A stretch of 39,915 nt of DNA from Dimorphilus gyrociliatus (Eukaryota > Animalia > Annelida). The notes beneath the pieces were generated by a model. The model made no database searches. It had not been told where the DNA came from and saw only the letters and a program-made list of their open reading frames with translations. Positions 1-9,679 of the stretch are shown here, piece by piece. The stretch lies in NCBI GenBank assembly GCA_904063045.1, contig CAJFCJ010000110.1, positions 1 through 39,915 of the forward strand. The letters are read 5' to 3'. Position 1 is the stretch's first letter. Each line of letters starts with the position of its first letter. Position numbers and translations under genes: made by a program.

Positions 1-1
1 T

Positions 2-2302
2 ACCTTAACATTTAAACCACCGTTATACTTTTGTTCTAACCAACTACCAAGCCAGGCATTTGATCTAGCAGATGAGCCAACTTGTAATATAGAATCACAA
101 GAAACCAAGACAATTACAGCTGATATCTATGAATTGAACTTGGAAGAAATTGAAACAAGAGCAGTAAAATGTCAAGTGTATCTAAGAACTAATTTTTACA
201 CTTACTATTTCTTTGGAGCAAAGAAGAGGAGGATTGTTAACTCAGTTATCAAAGTAACTCATGATCAATGCAGACAGATGATAAAAGACAAACGATCTTT
301 TCAAGGAAAACCTTTAATGGTGAAAAGAAACACTTGGATCCACCAAGATCAGTTTCCTGCTGCCTACACATGGCCAACAACGACCAAGGTGCTGGAATAC
401 ACCACAATTATCCAGTTTGGCAAAGCATATTGGCAACCTCCTAATATGAAAATTACAACTAATCTGGACTACCTGGAAGATTGTTTACCAGGGCAGTCCT
501 ATTGTGAGACAGAAGAGGCAATTATTGTCTTTAGAAACCTCAAGAATAATTACACACTTGGGCAACAATCACCATGGATAAAAATTAGCAACAGAATTAG
601 TTGTATCAAATTTGCTGGTCACTATTCTTGTCCAGGGTATTCTATTCTGGACATCCCTTATCAAGATAAGTTCATTGATGGAATTGGTGGTCCTGGAACA
701 AAAGTACTAGTACCACTGGAGGAACAGAGTTTAATACAGGAAACAAGCAAGGAACACCTATACAATTTGCTACAATATCAGAAGATTGGCAAAAATGAAG
801 AAAAACGACTATTAAACTATCCCAATAAAGTTAAAGAACAAATTATACTATACAAGCGAAACAACCCCTTACCAAGTCTTAACCAATGGTACAGAGAAAC
901 AAACACAAAGTATAAACTAATGAGAAATAAAGGCACACTCAAGGAAGTTGTGATATATCATCTACAACAACCCATTAGTCCATCTTACTGGGAGCTGGAT
1001 AACTATTATATCCAAGAAATGCTGCAAGCAGTCAATTGGACAAGGGCAACAAGACAATCTGTTATGATTTCAAAATATGTATACAGTGAGAAAAGAATCA
1101 AAAAGAAGGTATTACCAACATTGGGCATATGGTATAAAGGACCACCAGCCAGAGAATTTAAGATTACCTATGAAGGAATTTATTTTACTCTACACATGAG
1201 AATGGCTAAAAAGCAGATGAAGAAGGAAGCAAAACTGAAACATAAGATAAGTAAAAACCCATACCACAAATTCCCATTGGAAATGAGAGAAGCTGCCCAA
1301 ACATCTACCTTACTACATGGTATTGATTCAAATTTTAAGAATTTAAAAAAGTTTACCCAACAGCTGTCAAGTCTTCTCTGCAATCAATTTGTTCAAAGAA
1401 GCAGAATGATGGCATTACTAGCAAATTTGGATCCTCAATTGACCACAGTGTTAACAAATGAGTTGGGAATGCACAGTAGTCAGATGGGAGAATTAGCTAT
1501 AATTAAACAATGTTCACCAATAGCCTCAACAGAAGTAGTTTGTGACTTAAGCATGATAAAAAAGAATAACAAATGTTCTCAATTTTTACTTGTCACCATG
1601 AACAACCTGCTTTTCCAAGTAGAACCAGTTACTCATGTTTTACAGCAAGTCAATCCTGAAGAGATTACCTATAATGAGTGTAAGTCTAACAAGTTATTCT
1701 ACAAAACAACTCACAACCCATTAAATCCTATAAGAAACCAACCAATGAAAGACAAAACGTATGTGTATTATTCAGAAAGAGGATGCAGATTTCACACTGT
1801 GTCTGCAAAATCCATGCAGTTACATATCCACAATCACCTTTCTGAACCAAAAATTGAAATTGCCAGATTAGCTGATCTACTCCACCATGGGGTAAAGAAG
1901 GATATTGCATACCAGCACTCAAAAATTAAGCAAGTTATCAGTTCACTGGAACAGAAGCAGGCAAGGTATGATAACATGGTCACTGTTGCAGAGAAAAATG
2001 GCATTGTACCCAATTTATCTGGAATTAAACAGTTTTTCCATAGTTGGTACTATAAACCTGGGAAAACACTTTATGTTATCATACGAAATATTTGTTTGAG
2101 TATTGTAGTGTCAATGGTATGTATCATCATTTTCAACTATATTATTGGAAGAAGAAAACAAAGAGAAGAAATTGCTACCCCAAGTGAGAGCACAGATAAC
2201 TCTCCTGAAAACCCAAAACTAATGAAACAAAGTTGTAGCTTTAGTCAACATCAAACTAATGAAGAAGAACAACCACCTGTAATTCTCATTAAATCAAGAT
2301 GA
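2..2302 (+). CDS. env: Retroelement envelope glycoprotein, class III fusion-protein type (herpesvirus gB / rhabdo- and chuvirus G-like); 5' partial
   Basis: The frame is open from base 2 (TLTFKPPLYFCSNQ...) to TGA at 2300-2302. The pattern 'AVKCQVYLRTNFYTYYFFGAK...HDQCRQMI...YTWPT...DCLPGQSYCET' resembles class III fusion-domain loops. 'LLCNQF...DPQLTTVL...GELAIIKQC' is gB-like. There is a C-terminal TM (LYVIIRNICLSIVVSMVCIIIF), and the ORF is followed directly by a PPT and an LTR. Confidence 0.8.
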   Translation, partial: TLTFKPPLYFCSNQLPSQAFDLADEPTCNIESQETKTITADIYELNLEEIETRAVKCQVYLRTNFYTYYFFGAKKRRIVNSVIKVTHDQCRQMIKDKRSFQGKPLMVKRNTWIHQDQFPAAYTWPTTTKVLEYTTIIQFGKAYWQPPNMKITTNLDYLEDCLPGQSYCETEEAIIVFRNLKNNYTLGQQSPWIKISNRISCIKFAGHYSCPGYSILDIPYQDKFIDGIGGPGTKVLVPLEEQSLIQETSKEHLYNLLQYQKIGKNEEKRLLNYPNKVKEQIILYKRNNPLPSLNQWYRETNTKYKLMRNKGTLKEVVIYHLQQPISPSYWELDNYYIQEMLQAVNWTRATRQSVMISKYVYSEKRIKKKVLPTLGIWYKGPPAREFKITYEGIYFTLHMRMAKKQMKKEAKLKHKISKNPYHKFPLEMREAAQTSTLLHGIDSNFKNLKKFTQQLSSLLCNQFVQRSRMMALLANLDPQLTTVLTNELGMHSSQMGELAIIKQCSPIASTEVVCDLSMIKKNNKCSQFLLVTMNNLLFQVEPVTHVLQQVNPEEITYNECKSNKLFYKTTHNPLNPIRNQPMKDKTYVYYSERGCRFHTVSAKSMQLHIHNHLSEPKIEIARLADLLHHGVKKDIAYQHSKIKQVISSLEQKQARYDNMVTVAEKNGIVPNLSGIKQFFHSWYYKPGKTLYVIIRNICLSIVVSMVCIIIFNYIIGRRKQREEIATPSESTDNSPENPKLMKQSCSFSQHQTNEEEQPPVILIKSR

Positions 2303-2318
2303 AGGGACTCATCTTCAC

Positions 2319-2332
2319 AAAGAAGGGGGAAG
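2319..2332 (+). promoter_or_regulatory. Polypurine tract (PPT)
   Basis: AAAGAAGGGGGAAG lies 1 nt upstream of the LTR start TGTACAA. Confidence 0.9.
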
Positions 2333-2333
2333 T

Positions 2334-2968
2334 TGTACAACTTTGGTTATATTTTACATGCTTGAACTCTATTATTTTATGCAACATATACATGTACATC
2401 TTAAAACCTACGCAAGAAAATGCTATAACATTGGCCAAACATAAGTCTGATTAGTCAGCTTGAAGGCTCATCTTTAATTACCAATAAAGGTTTGGCCAAG
2501 TTATAATTTAATTAACTTGCCTAGGGTGTGGCCAAGTTATAATTCAATTAACCTTCCTAAATGTTGAACCTTGTAACATCCTGTTACTAAAGATAAATAG
2601 GAACTACACATTTTGGCAACTGTAAAGTGATGATTGGATGTCAGAGACAAACCTCAAAGTATATAAATCCTCATTATTCTCATTTGGCATGCAGCTTCCA
2701 TCTGGACCCAAGGACCTGGGAAAATCATCTGGAAACAACCTCCACTGGAACCATCCATCTACTCCTCAACATTGGAAGACAGTTTGGTAATTTGGCAACC
2801 TGCTATTACAAACTATCTACTCTGCTATTGAACTCTCATATTGTTACTTGCTTAAGTATTATTATTGCGAATAAACCATTTTAATTTAAACATTTGTTTA
2901 AAGGTTCGAGTAGAACCAGTATTGTTATAACTTGCAAACGCATAGATTTTGCCAGCAAGAGCAGTACA
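2334..2968 (+). mobile_element. 3' LTR, family A (635 bp)
   Basis: TGTAC...GTACA termini; TATATAAA at 2660; AATAAA at 2870; near-identical copies at 3924 and 25939. Confidence 0.95.
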
Positions 2969-3044
2969 ATATTTAAATGCCAAATTAGTGTGCAATTTCT
3001 ACTACATCCCCATAAGTTTTAAATTTATATCTGATCTTGACACA

Positions 3045-3077
3045 GACTGTGTTCATGGTTCTGATGAACTCTTTTGT
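3045..3077 (+). pseudogene. Isolated LDLa-repeat tail fragment
   Basis: DCVHGSDELFC matches the LDLa C-terminal DC.DGSDE..C pattern. No other exon was recognised. Confidence 0.35.
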
Positions 3078-3256
3078 TCTGTAGAAGAACAAAATATCAT
3101 AGATCTTGAAAATATTCCAGAATCAAAAAATTGTGATATTTCAATATTATGGAATTTAGATTGTAACAATGAGTAAACTGACAATCAATTAAAAATGGAT
3201 TTCTTATCTAGAAAAGGTTTTAAAAGAGTTTCAATTCAAGGAAGTTATGCAAACCG

Positions 3257-3317
3257 GAAATTCCTACAATTACAATGCAACACAGTACAAGTATTGGGTA
3301 GTTGACAGTCCACAATG
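3257..3317 (+). mobile_element. Family B LTR 3' tip plus degenerate PBS fragment
   Basis: gaaattcctacaattacaatgcaacacagtacaagtattgggtagttgacagtccacaat aligns to about 8201-8261. Confidence 0.75.
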
Positions 3318-3923
3318 TTTCTTCAATGACTGATACTTTTATATTGAATTGAATTGTTTGAAAGGAATAATCATTTCTAGTTAATATAATTTGATTTCTT
3401 TCAAGCTCCATCTTGGATATAAAGATGGCAAGGAAATAGTTGGAATTTTTATTTGAATAGATTAAATAATAATTTCCTTCTTTATGATTTTTAATGGAAT
3501 AGATGGCAGAGAATACTAAAAACAAGAGTTTTATTCTTTTTTAAAATTTAACACCTCAGTTTTTATAAAGAATTATTGCTTACAATCAATATCATTCTTG
3601 TAGCAAAGTAGAGATAAAACTTGTATATGATTTTTAAATTTACTATGGAATAGCAATGGTTATTACTTAACTTATATAGGCTAAAAATTACAATTTCTTT
3701 AAACACATTATTTACAACATTGGCTGCTGTACAACAATTTAGCAACTTTAATTTTCTTCTTTAGTTTATAGATATCAATTTTACCATAGATTCCAGAGTA
3801 ATTTAATTGTTTACACTATTTTTAAATATTCAACTTCTAGTTATTCAATTTTGAAATGAAATCTGTTCTATTTTCTTTATAATTTGTTATTTGTATTAAT
3901 CCTTTCACAGTAATTGTTACTGT

Positions 3924-4558
3924 TGTACAACTTTGGTTATATTTTACATGCTTGAACTCTATTATTTTATGCAACATATACATGTACATCTTAAAACCTA
4001 CACAAGAAAATGCTATAACATTGGCCAAACATAAGTCTGATTAGTCAGCTCGAAGGCTCATCTTTAATTACCAATAAAGGTTTGGCCAAGTTATAATTTA
4101 ATTAACTTGCCTAGGGTGTGGCCAAGTTATAATTCAATTAACCTTCCTAAATGTTCAACCTTGTAACATCCTCTTACTAAACATAAATATGAACTACACA
4201 TTTCGGCAACTGTAAAGTGATGATTGGATGTCAGAGGCAAACCTCAAAGTATATAAATCCTCACTATTCTCATTTGGCATGCAGCTTCCATCTGGACCCA
4301 AGGACCTGGGAAAATCATCTGGAAACAACCTCCACTGGAACCATCCATCTACTCCTCAACATTAGAAGACAGTTTGGTAATTTGGCAACCTGCTTTTACG
4401 AACTATCTACTCTGCTATCAAACTCTCATATTGTTACTTGCTTAAGTATTATTATTGCGAATAAACCGTTTTAATTTAAACATTTGTTTAAAGGTTCGAG
4501 TAGAACCAGTATTGTTATAACTTGCAAACGCATAGATTTTGCCAGAAAGAGCAGTACA
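3924..4558 (+). mobile_element. Solo LTR, family A, TSD CTGT
   Basis: Full-length copy of 2334-2968, with CTGT at 3920-3923 and 4559-4562. Confidence 0.97.
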
Positions 4559-4900
4559 CTGTTTCTTTGAACTCAGATCTACTATATAAGTCTTTGATTT
4601 AACATATATAGGCTTAAAACACAAGAAAAATATTAAAAAGTATAGTAGCATTAAACATAATCCACCATAATCTTATCCCTTATAAGTTGGTCTTTCAACC
4701 ACTGCTATAACCATATATTATACAGGGTTGTTACAGTTATAACCATTTTCTAACCACCAAATATTTTCACAGCAAAATATATACTTGGTTGCTAAGTGTC
4801 TGTAACAGATAACAAAATAAAAAAAAATATTTTATATGGAAAGATTTTTCGAAGAGAATGCTTTTTCGAATTTTTTTTTCGATTAAAAAACAAGATAACA

Positions 4901-5935
4901 ATGGATAAAGCTAGTAGCAAAACAGTAAAAAATGGCTTTTTTAATAATTTACAAGGACTTGAACGATCGTGGAAAACATTAAAGTTTGTTGAAATCAATA
5001 ACTGCTTATTGACAAAAGAACAGTATAAGAAATTCGGGAACCTTCTTAAAAAATGTTCCAAAATAGAAACAATAATTCTATCAAAATTTTGGGGAGAGAG
5101 AAGTGGATTTTTTGACATTTGTGAAGGACTTAAACAATCATCAAAAACACTTAAGTTTATTAAATTCCATCAATGCTTTTTGAGAAATGAGGAATGTAGA
5201 AAATTTGGAGATCTTCTCAAAGATTGCTCTAAAATAGAAGCAATAAATATATCAGCAAATCAAAGGATGGAAAATGGATTTTTTGATATTTGTGAAGGAC
5301 TTAAACAATCATCAACAACACTAAAGATAGTTAATTTCCAGAACTGCCATTTGAGACAAGAACAATGTTCAGAATTCGGAAATCTTCTCAAAAAATGTTC
5401 TAAAATAGAAACAATAAATCTATCAGAAAATTGGGAAATGGAGAGAGGCTGTTTTGACATTTTGGACGGACTTGAACAATCATCAAAAACAATAAAGTTT
5501 ATTGATTTCCATCACTGCTCATTGAGAAAAGAACACAATGTAAAATTTGGAAATCTTCTCAAGAAATGTTCTACAATAGAAACTATAGACTTATCTGAAA
5601 ATTGGGAAATGAAAGATGGATTTTATGATATTTGTGAAGGACTTGAACAATTGTCAAAAACATTAAGGATTTTAGATTTCCATGACTGCTCTTTAAAAGA
5701 AGAACAATATATAAAATTTGGAAGTCTTCTCAAGAAATGTTCTGAAATAGAAAAAATCAATTTATCAGATAATTGGGACATGGAAAGTGCATTTTCTGAC
5801 ATTTATGAGGGACTTGAGCAATCATCCAAAACATTAAAGTTTGTTGATTTTAATAATTGTGATTTGAATGAAGAACAAATTGCAAAACTTCAAAGTTTTC
5901 TTGGAAATTGTTATAAAATTAAAACAACAGATTGA
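4901..5935 (+). CDS. RI-type leucine-rich-repeat protein made of about 6 tandem 56-aa units
   Basis: Intronless ORF with ATG at 4901 (the track starts at 4796). The unit GFFDICEGLKQSSKTLK..DFH.C.L..EQ..KFG.LLKKCS.IE.INLS.NW.M repeats through the ORF. Confidence 0.85.
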   Translation: MDKASSKTVKNGFFNNLQGLERSWKTLKFVEINNCLLTKEQYKKFGNLLKKCSKIETIILSKFWGERSGFFDICEGLKQSSKTLKFIKFHQCFLRNEECRKFGDLLKDCSKIEAINISANQRMENGFFDICEGLKQSSTTLKIVNFQNCHLRQEQCSEFGNLLKKCSKIETINLSENWEMERGCFDILDGLEQSSKTIKFIDFHHCSLRKEHNVKFGNLLKKCSTIETIDLSENWEMKDGFYDICEGLEQLSKTLRILDFHDCSLKEEQYIKFGSLLKKCSEIEKINLSDNWDMESAFSDIYEGLEQSSKTLKFVDFNNCDLNEEQIAKLQSFLGNCYKIKTTD

Positions 5936-5989
5936 AAAGACAGTTAGATATTGGAAAATGGCTTTCTGATATTTCAGAATATAATCTCA

Positions 5990-7466
5990 AGTTTGTCTTC
6001 AAGCTCTTTTCTTATTTTCTGTTCCAACTTTAAACCAGACCTCTCAATATCCTTTGTTAATATGAATAGTTCCTATGAATACAAATGGCAAATATTTGTG
6101 TTGAATACTTTCATAGATATGTAACCATTTAATTGTTATTCATTGATTACAAATTATTTTATCAGAACTTATTACAAAATCAATACTGTCACATATTTTT
6201 TAAAGAAAGATCACTCAATGAAGAGTATTTAATTGATGGTATAACTTTAAAAATAAAAAGTAAAACTTGGGAGGGAAAAAGTACTACTTCTGAGTTACCC
6301 GAACAGTTAGTTGATGAGTATATATTTAAAAGTAGTGTAGATATATAAAGTGCAATGTTTTTAAAGGAAAGATTTGAGAACTGTTTCAAAGTAGTGTGAC
6401 AGTACTTTTCTTTATTTATTATTGATTTTTTAAATGGATAGACAAACTGCCTGGTGTCTGCTGACTGAAATGAATAGTGTACTAATAGTAGATAGTATTA
6501 ATGAAAAAGTCATAGTTGTTCCTAAAGATTGACATAGTCTACTATTCCTCCATAATTGATCATTTTCTAAATAAGTTAATGAAAAATATGAATCAACTAT
6601 TCCTATAGTTAAAATATAGGCTGATGTTAAAAGATCACTAAATGTTAATAGCAATTGATTTATGAAATTAAATATGTTTAATTTTGACAAGTCCATTTAA
6701 AACATTCCTCAATTCTAATAAAGGAATAGAACTTTGATTTAAAGAAAGATATTCAAGATTAAATAAATATTTAAATGAATTCATTTCTATTATTCTAATT
6801 GGACAATCAGTAATTTTTAAAATATTTAAATTCTGAATTATTCGAAAAACATTGTTTGTAAGTATTGTAGTATTCGTAAAGGAAATGTCTAATTATCTTA
6901 AATTTTTACAATTCAAATAAGTTTGAAAGAAGATTAGTGAAGAAATTTTATTAAAATTGAAATTGTACTGAATATTTTCAATTTTCAAGTATAACAGATT
7001 TAAAGAAGATTCAGGTAAAAAATTCTTTGGTATTGAACCCTTTATACTCATTTTTATAAAATATTGACAAACAGTTTTATTAGCAGTTTGAAACTCTCTC
7101 ATTAATTTTTCATTAATATTTTTATCTGTAAATTGGCGTTGAATTTCAATTTTTGAAATCATATTACAGCTTGACAGGTTAGACACATAAATGTTCATCA
7201 CTTCCATTGAAGGAATTCACTATACCATCACAAACTTTTTAATAGAAATATAGTGCATTTGGCCTTTGCATTTAAAATATCCTTTGGCAATGAAATTTTC
7301 TGGGGATTGGTAAAGATTTTCTTAATTTTTAAAAAAGGATTTCAATTGCTATAAAAGATTTTTACCACAAGCAGTTTCATCATCACCAAGGTAACAATCA
7401 TGATTACCATCGCTTATCTGTTCAATTGATATACAAAAGTTATCTCTGTGGCAAAGATAATGCCCA
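5990..7466 (-). pseudogene. LGR/GRL101-like GPCR remnant (LDLa-LRR-7TM), cut by the family B LTR
   Basis: The minus strand at 7366-7466 reads GHYLCHRDNFCISIEQISDGNHDCYLGDDETACG (LDLa). An LRR-like exon lies at 6893-7207. TM2-TM3 lie at 6430-6696 (FSDLLTSAYILTIGIVDSYF...DQLWRNSRLC). The extension to about 5990 is tentative. Confidence 0.75.
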
Positions 7467-8233
7467 TGTGCGCTTAGATATAGTGATATATCAATACTTA
7501 GACTTTAAATATAAGGGTACATTAGAAAGACTTCTATTTCATAAGAATTAGACTGGTGCAACTATAGAAATACTTATATTTCATAGCAATTATAGTGGTG
7601 GAACTTTAAAAAGACTTTTATTTCGTAGAGTTAGCTTTTAGTACTTTAGAAAGAACTCTATTTCGTAAGAAATAGACTCTTTGACCGCAACAGATGGTGG
7701 CTACTTAGCAATTAACAAAGGAACAAAGAACATTGAAAAGATGCAGGTCAAACACCAGATGCTGATGAGGGCAGGCCTGTTTGCAGTGGCACATGTTTGG
7801 CATGTGGTCCTAATCTTAGGATTATATTTTATATGTGTGATATAACAGTCTTTCATATTTTTGTTACATGAGAATTATGAGACCATCAGATTTCAACTTT
7901 GTAATCCTTTGACCACTTGAACCCAAGCTTTGGGAAATGTATAAAAGGAAATGCATTTCCCCAGCTTGTCAGTTCAGTTCTTTAACCATTAACTGGTTGT
8001 TTAAACTTACTTGTTTAGAACTAGAAACTCATTTACTCGATACATTCTTTGGTTGAAATACTGGTATTTTGTTGAATTATTTCTACCGAAATTACATTTG
8101 TTAAGACTATTTGTGGACAAACTTGAAAGGTTCTATTTGTTTGAGTACTTTGGTAAATTGATAAATGATTGGAAAGGACAAATACTGTTCTGAAGAAGCA
8201 GAAATTCCTACAATTACAATACAACAAAGTACA
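7467..8233 (+). mobile_element. 5' LTR, family B (about 767 bp)
   Basis: Starts TGTGC and ends AAAGTACA. Colinear with the minus-strand solo copy at 19591-20220. TATAAAAG lies near 7941, and a PBS follows the LTR end. Confidence 0.8.
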
Positions 8234-8236
8234 AAT

Positions 8237-9103
8237 ATGGCGCAGTCGACAGCCCACAATTCAACTTTAAGGAATGATATTTTGGTTTATGAAAGTGACA
8301 AAACCAGAGGAAAGGAAGTAGATGAGTATCTTAATAAAATAAATGAATTAATGTTGAGAATTAAAAGTAGTGGAGCCAAGATTGATGGTAATAGCTTTTT
8401 GAAATACCATTCATCAACTGGGGCAGCTACAATTCCTGAAGGTATGGTTAATCCTGATCCTACTCAACCAAAATTCAGTAATTCTGGCATTCAAGAAAAT
8501 GTTTTGGAAAAGATAATTGCAAGTCTTTTAATTGATGCTAATGAGAAACCTAATATTACTTTGCTGAGACCCTATTCTGGTAGCAAAGATACTTGGGGCT
8601 TTAAGAGAAACTTTCAAACAGCTTGTGAATTAAACCTTTGGGATACAGAGGAGAAAAGAATTCGAATGCTGAGAAAATACACTACTGGAAGAGCCAGAGA
8701 TGTTATTGAAAGTTTACCCTCCATGGCAAATGAAAATGAAATTTGGGATGCATTGGATGAAGAATTTAATCCAGATCCTATGGCTTACAAAAAAGAAATT
8801 GATAGATTGAGACAGTTCAATGATGAAACTGTCCAAAGTTTTGTTAGAAGAAGTAAAGAACTTGTGGTAAAATTCCTACCATTCAATACTACTGAAATGG
8901 CTTGTGTTACTGAAAGAGTTAGAGAGCTTCAAGTCTTAAGTGTATTTAGGAATGGTCTTAAAGGAAAAATTGTTAATTATGTTGAAAGAGATGGACTAAC
9001 AGATTCAGCTGATCAATGTATCAAATTGGCAAAGAGAGCTGAGATTTATTTTAAAAATGCTAGAAAGAAGATGGTGAATTTAAACAATTCAGAAAATACC
9101 TGA
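8237..9103 (+). CDS. gag: Ty3/gypsy Gag (capsid) ORF of a truncated element with no pol or 3' LTR
   Basis: RPYSGSKDTWGFKRNFQTACELNLWD...LRKYTTGRARDVI...EIWDALDEEF...RLRQFNDETVQSF...FRNGLK is a typical retrotransposon Gag capsid pattern. Downstream sequence decays by about 9540. Confidence 0.85.
   Translation: MAQSTAHNSTLRNDILVYESDKTRGKEVDEYLNKINELMLRIKSSGAKIDGNSFLKYHSSTGAATIPEGMVNPDPTQPKFSNSGIQENVLEKIIASLLIDANEKPNITLLRPYSGSKDTWGFKRNFQTACELNLWDTEEKRIRMLRKYTTGRARDVIESLPSMANENEIWDALDEEFNPDPMAYKKEIDRLRQFNDETVQSFVRRSKELVVKFLPFNTTEMACVTERVRELQVLSVFRNGLKGKIVNYVERDGLTDSADQCIKLAKRAEIYFKNARKKMVNLNNSENT
8238..8252 (+). promoter_or_regulatory. Primer-binding site, tRNA-Ser type
   Basis: TGGCGCAGTCGACAG lies 4 nt after the LTR end. 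It is complementary to a tRNA-Ser-like 3' end (...CUGUCGACUGCGCCA), as used by several Ty3/gypsy lineages. Confidence 0.7.
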
Positions 9104-9679
9104 ATTTCAACCAAACCATGGAAATGTTCAGAGAAGAAATGATGATAGAGTAGTTTTAAACAGATTAGTGTATATTAAACCTGCAGAACAAATGCTGAAG
9201 AAAAATAAAAAAGATGAAATGCCTATTTTCAATGAACAAGAACAAAATGTTTTACATTTCAAGCATACATCTCAGGATATGGATAAATGATCATTTTCAA
9301 TTCAGAAAGAGAAATTTCAATAGAATTCTCAAGTATGGGAAGATTGTCAACAAATGCATTCAACAAAAGGAATGTAGTTCTTATCCTAGACATCTTACAA
9401 AGCAAAGAAAGTCTTCTTTCCCATCATTCTTCAGAGACATTGGTAAAAAATAATTATCGCATTGTACAGAGTTGTAATTAAAGATATTGCCACAATAGAC
9501 TATAGCAATAAAAAAATAAATGCTTTTCAAAAGACAAACTATGTGATATGCAAATGAACTGTGGAACTGGAAAAGATGAAAACTACAGTTTCTGCAATAA
9601 ATTTCACACATCGGAAAACCTGGAATGTTACAAATTTGAACGCCAAACACTTTTAACAAAAGTTCATTTTCCATTTTTG

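Noticed and set aside
134-136. Track start of the env ORF at 134
   Set aside because: This is a TTG codon. The frame is open from base 2, so the true start is upstream of the window.
2627-2884. Recurrent 78-85 aa ORF (MMIGCQRQTSKY...) at 2627, 4217, 26232 and 30631
   Set aside because: It recurs only because it lies within LTR copies. It spans the TATA and polyA signals, has a frameshifted end in copy 3, and has no recognisable domain.
7755-7800. CTGATGAG...GGCC as a possible hammerhead ribozyme
   Set aside because: There is no GAAA after stem II, and CTGATGA is not conserved in the other family B copy.
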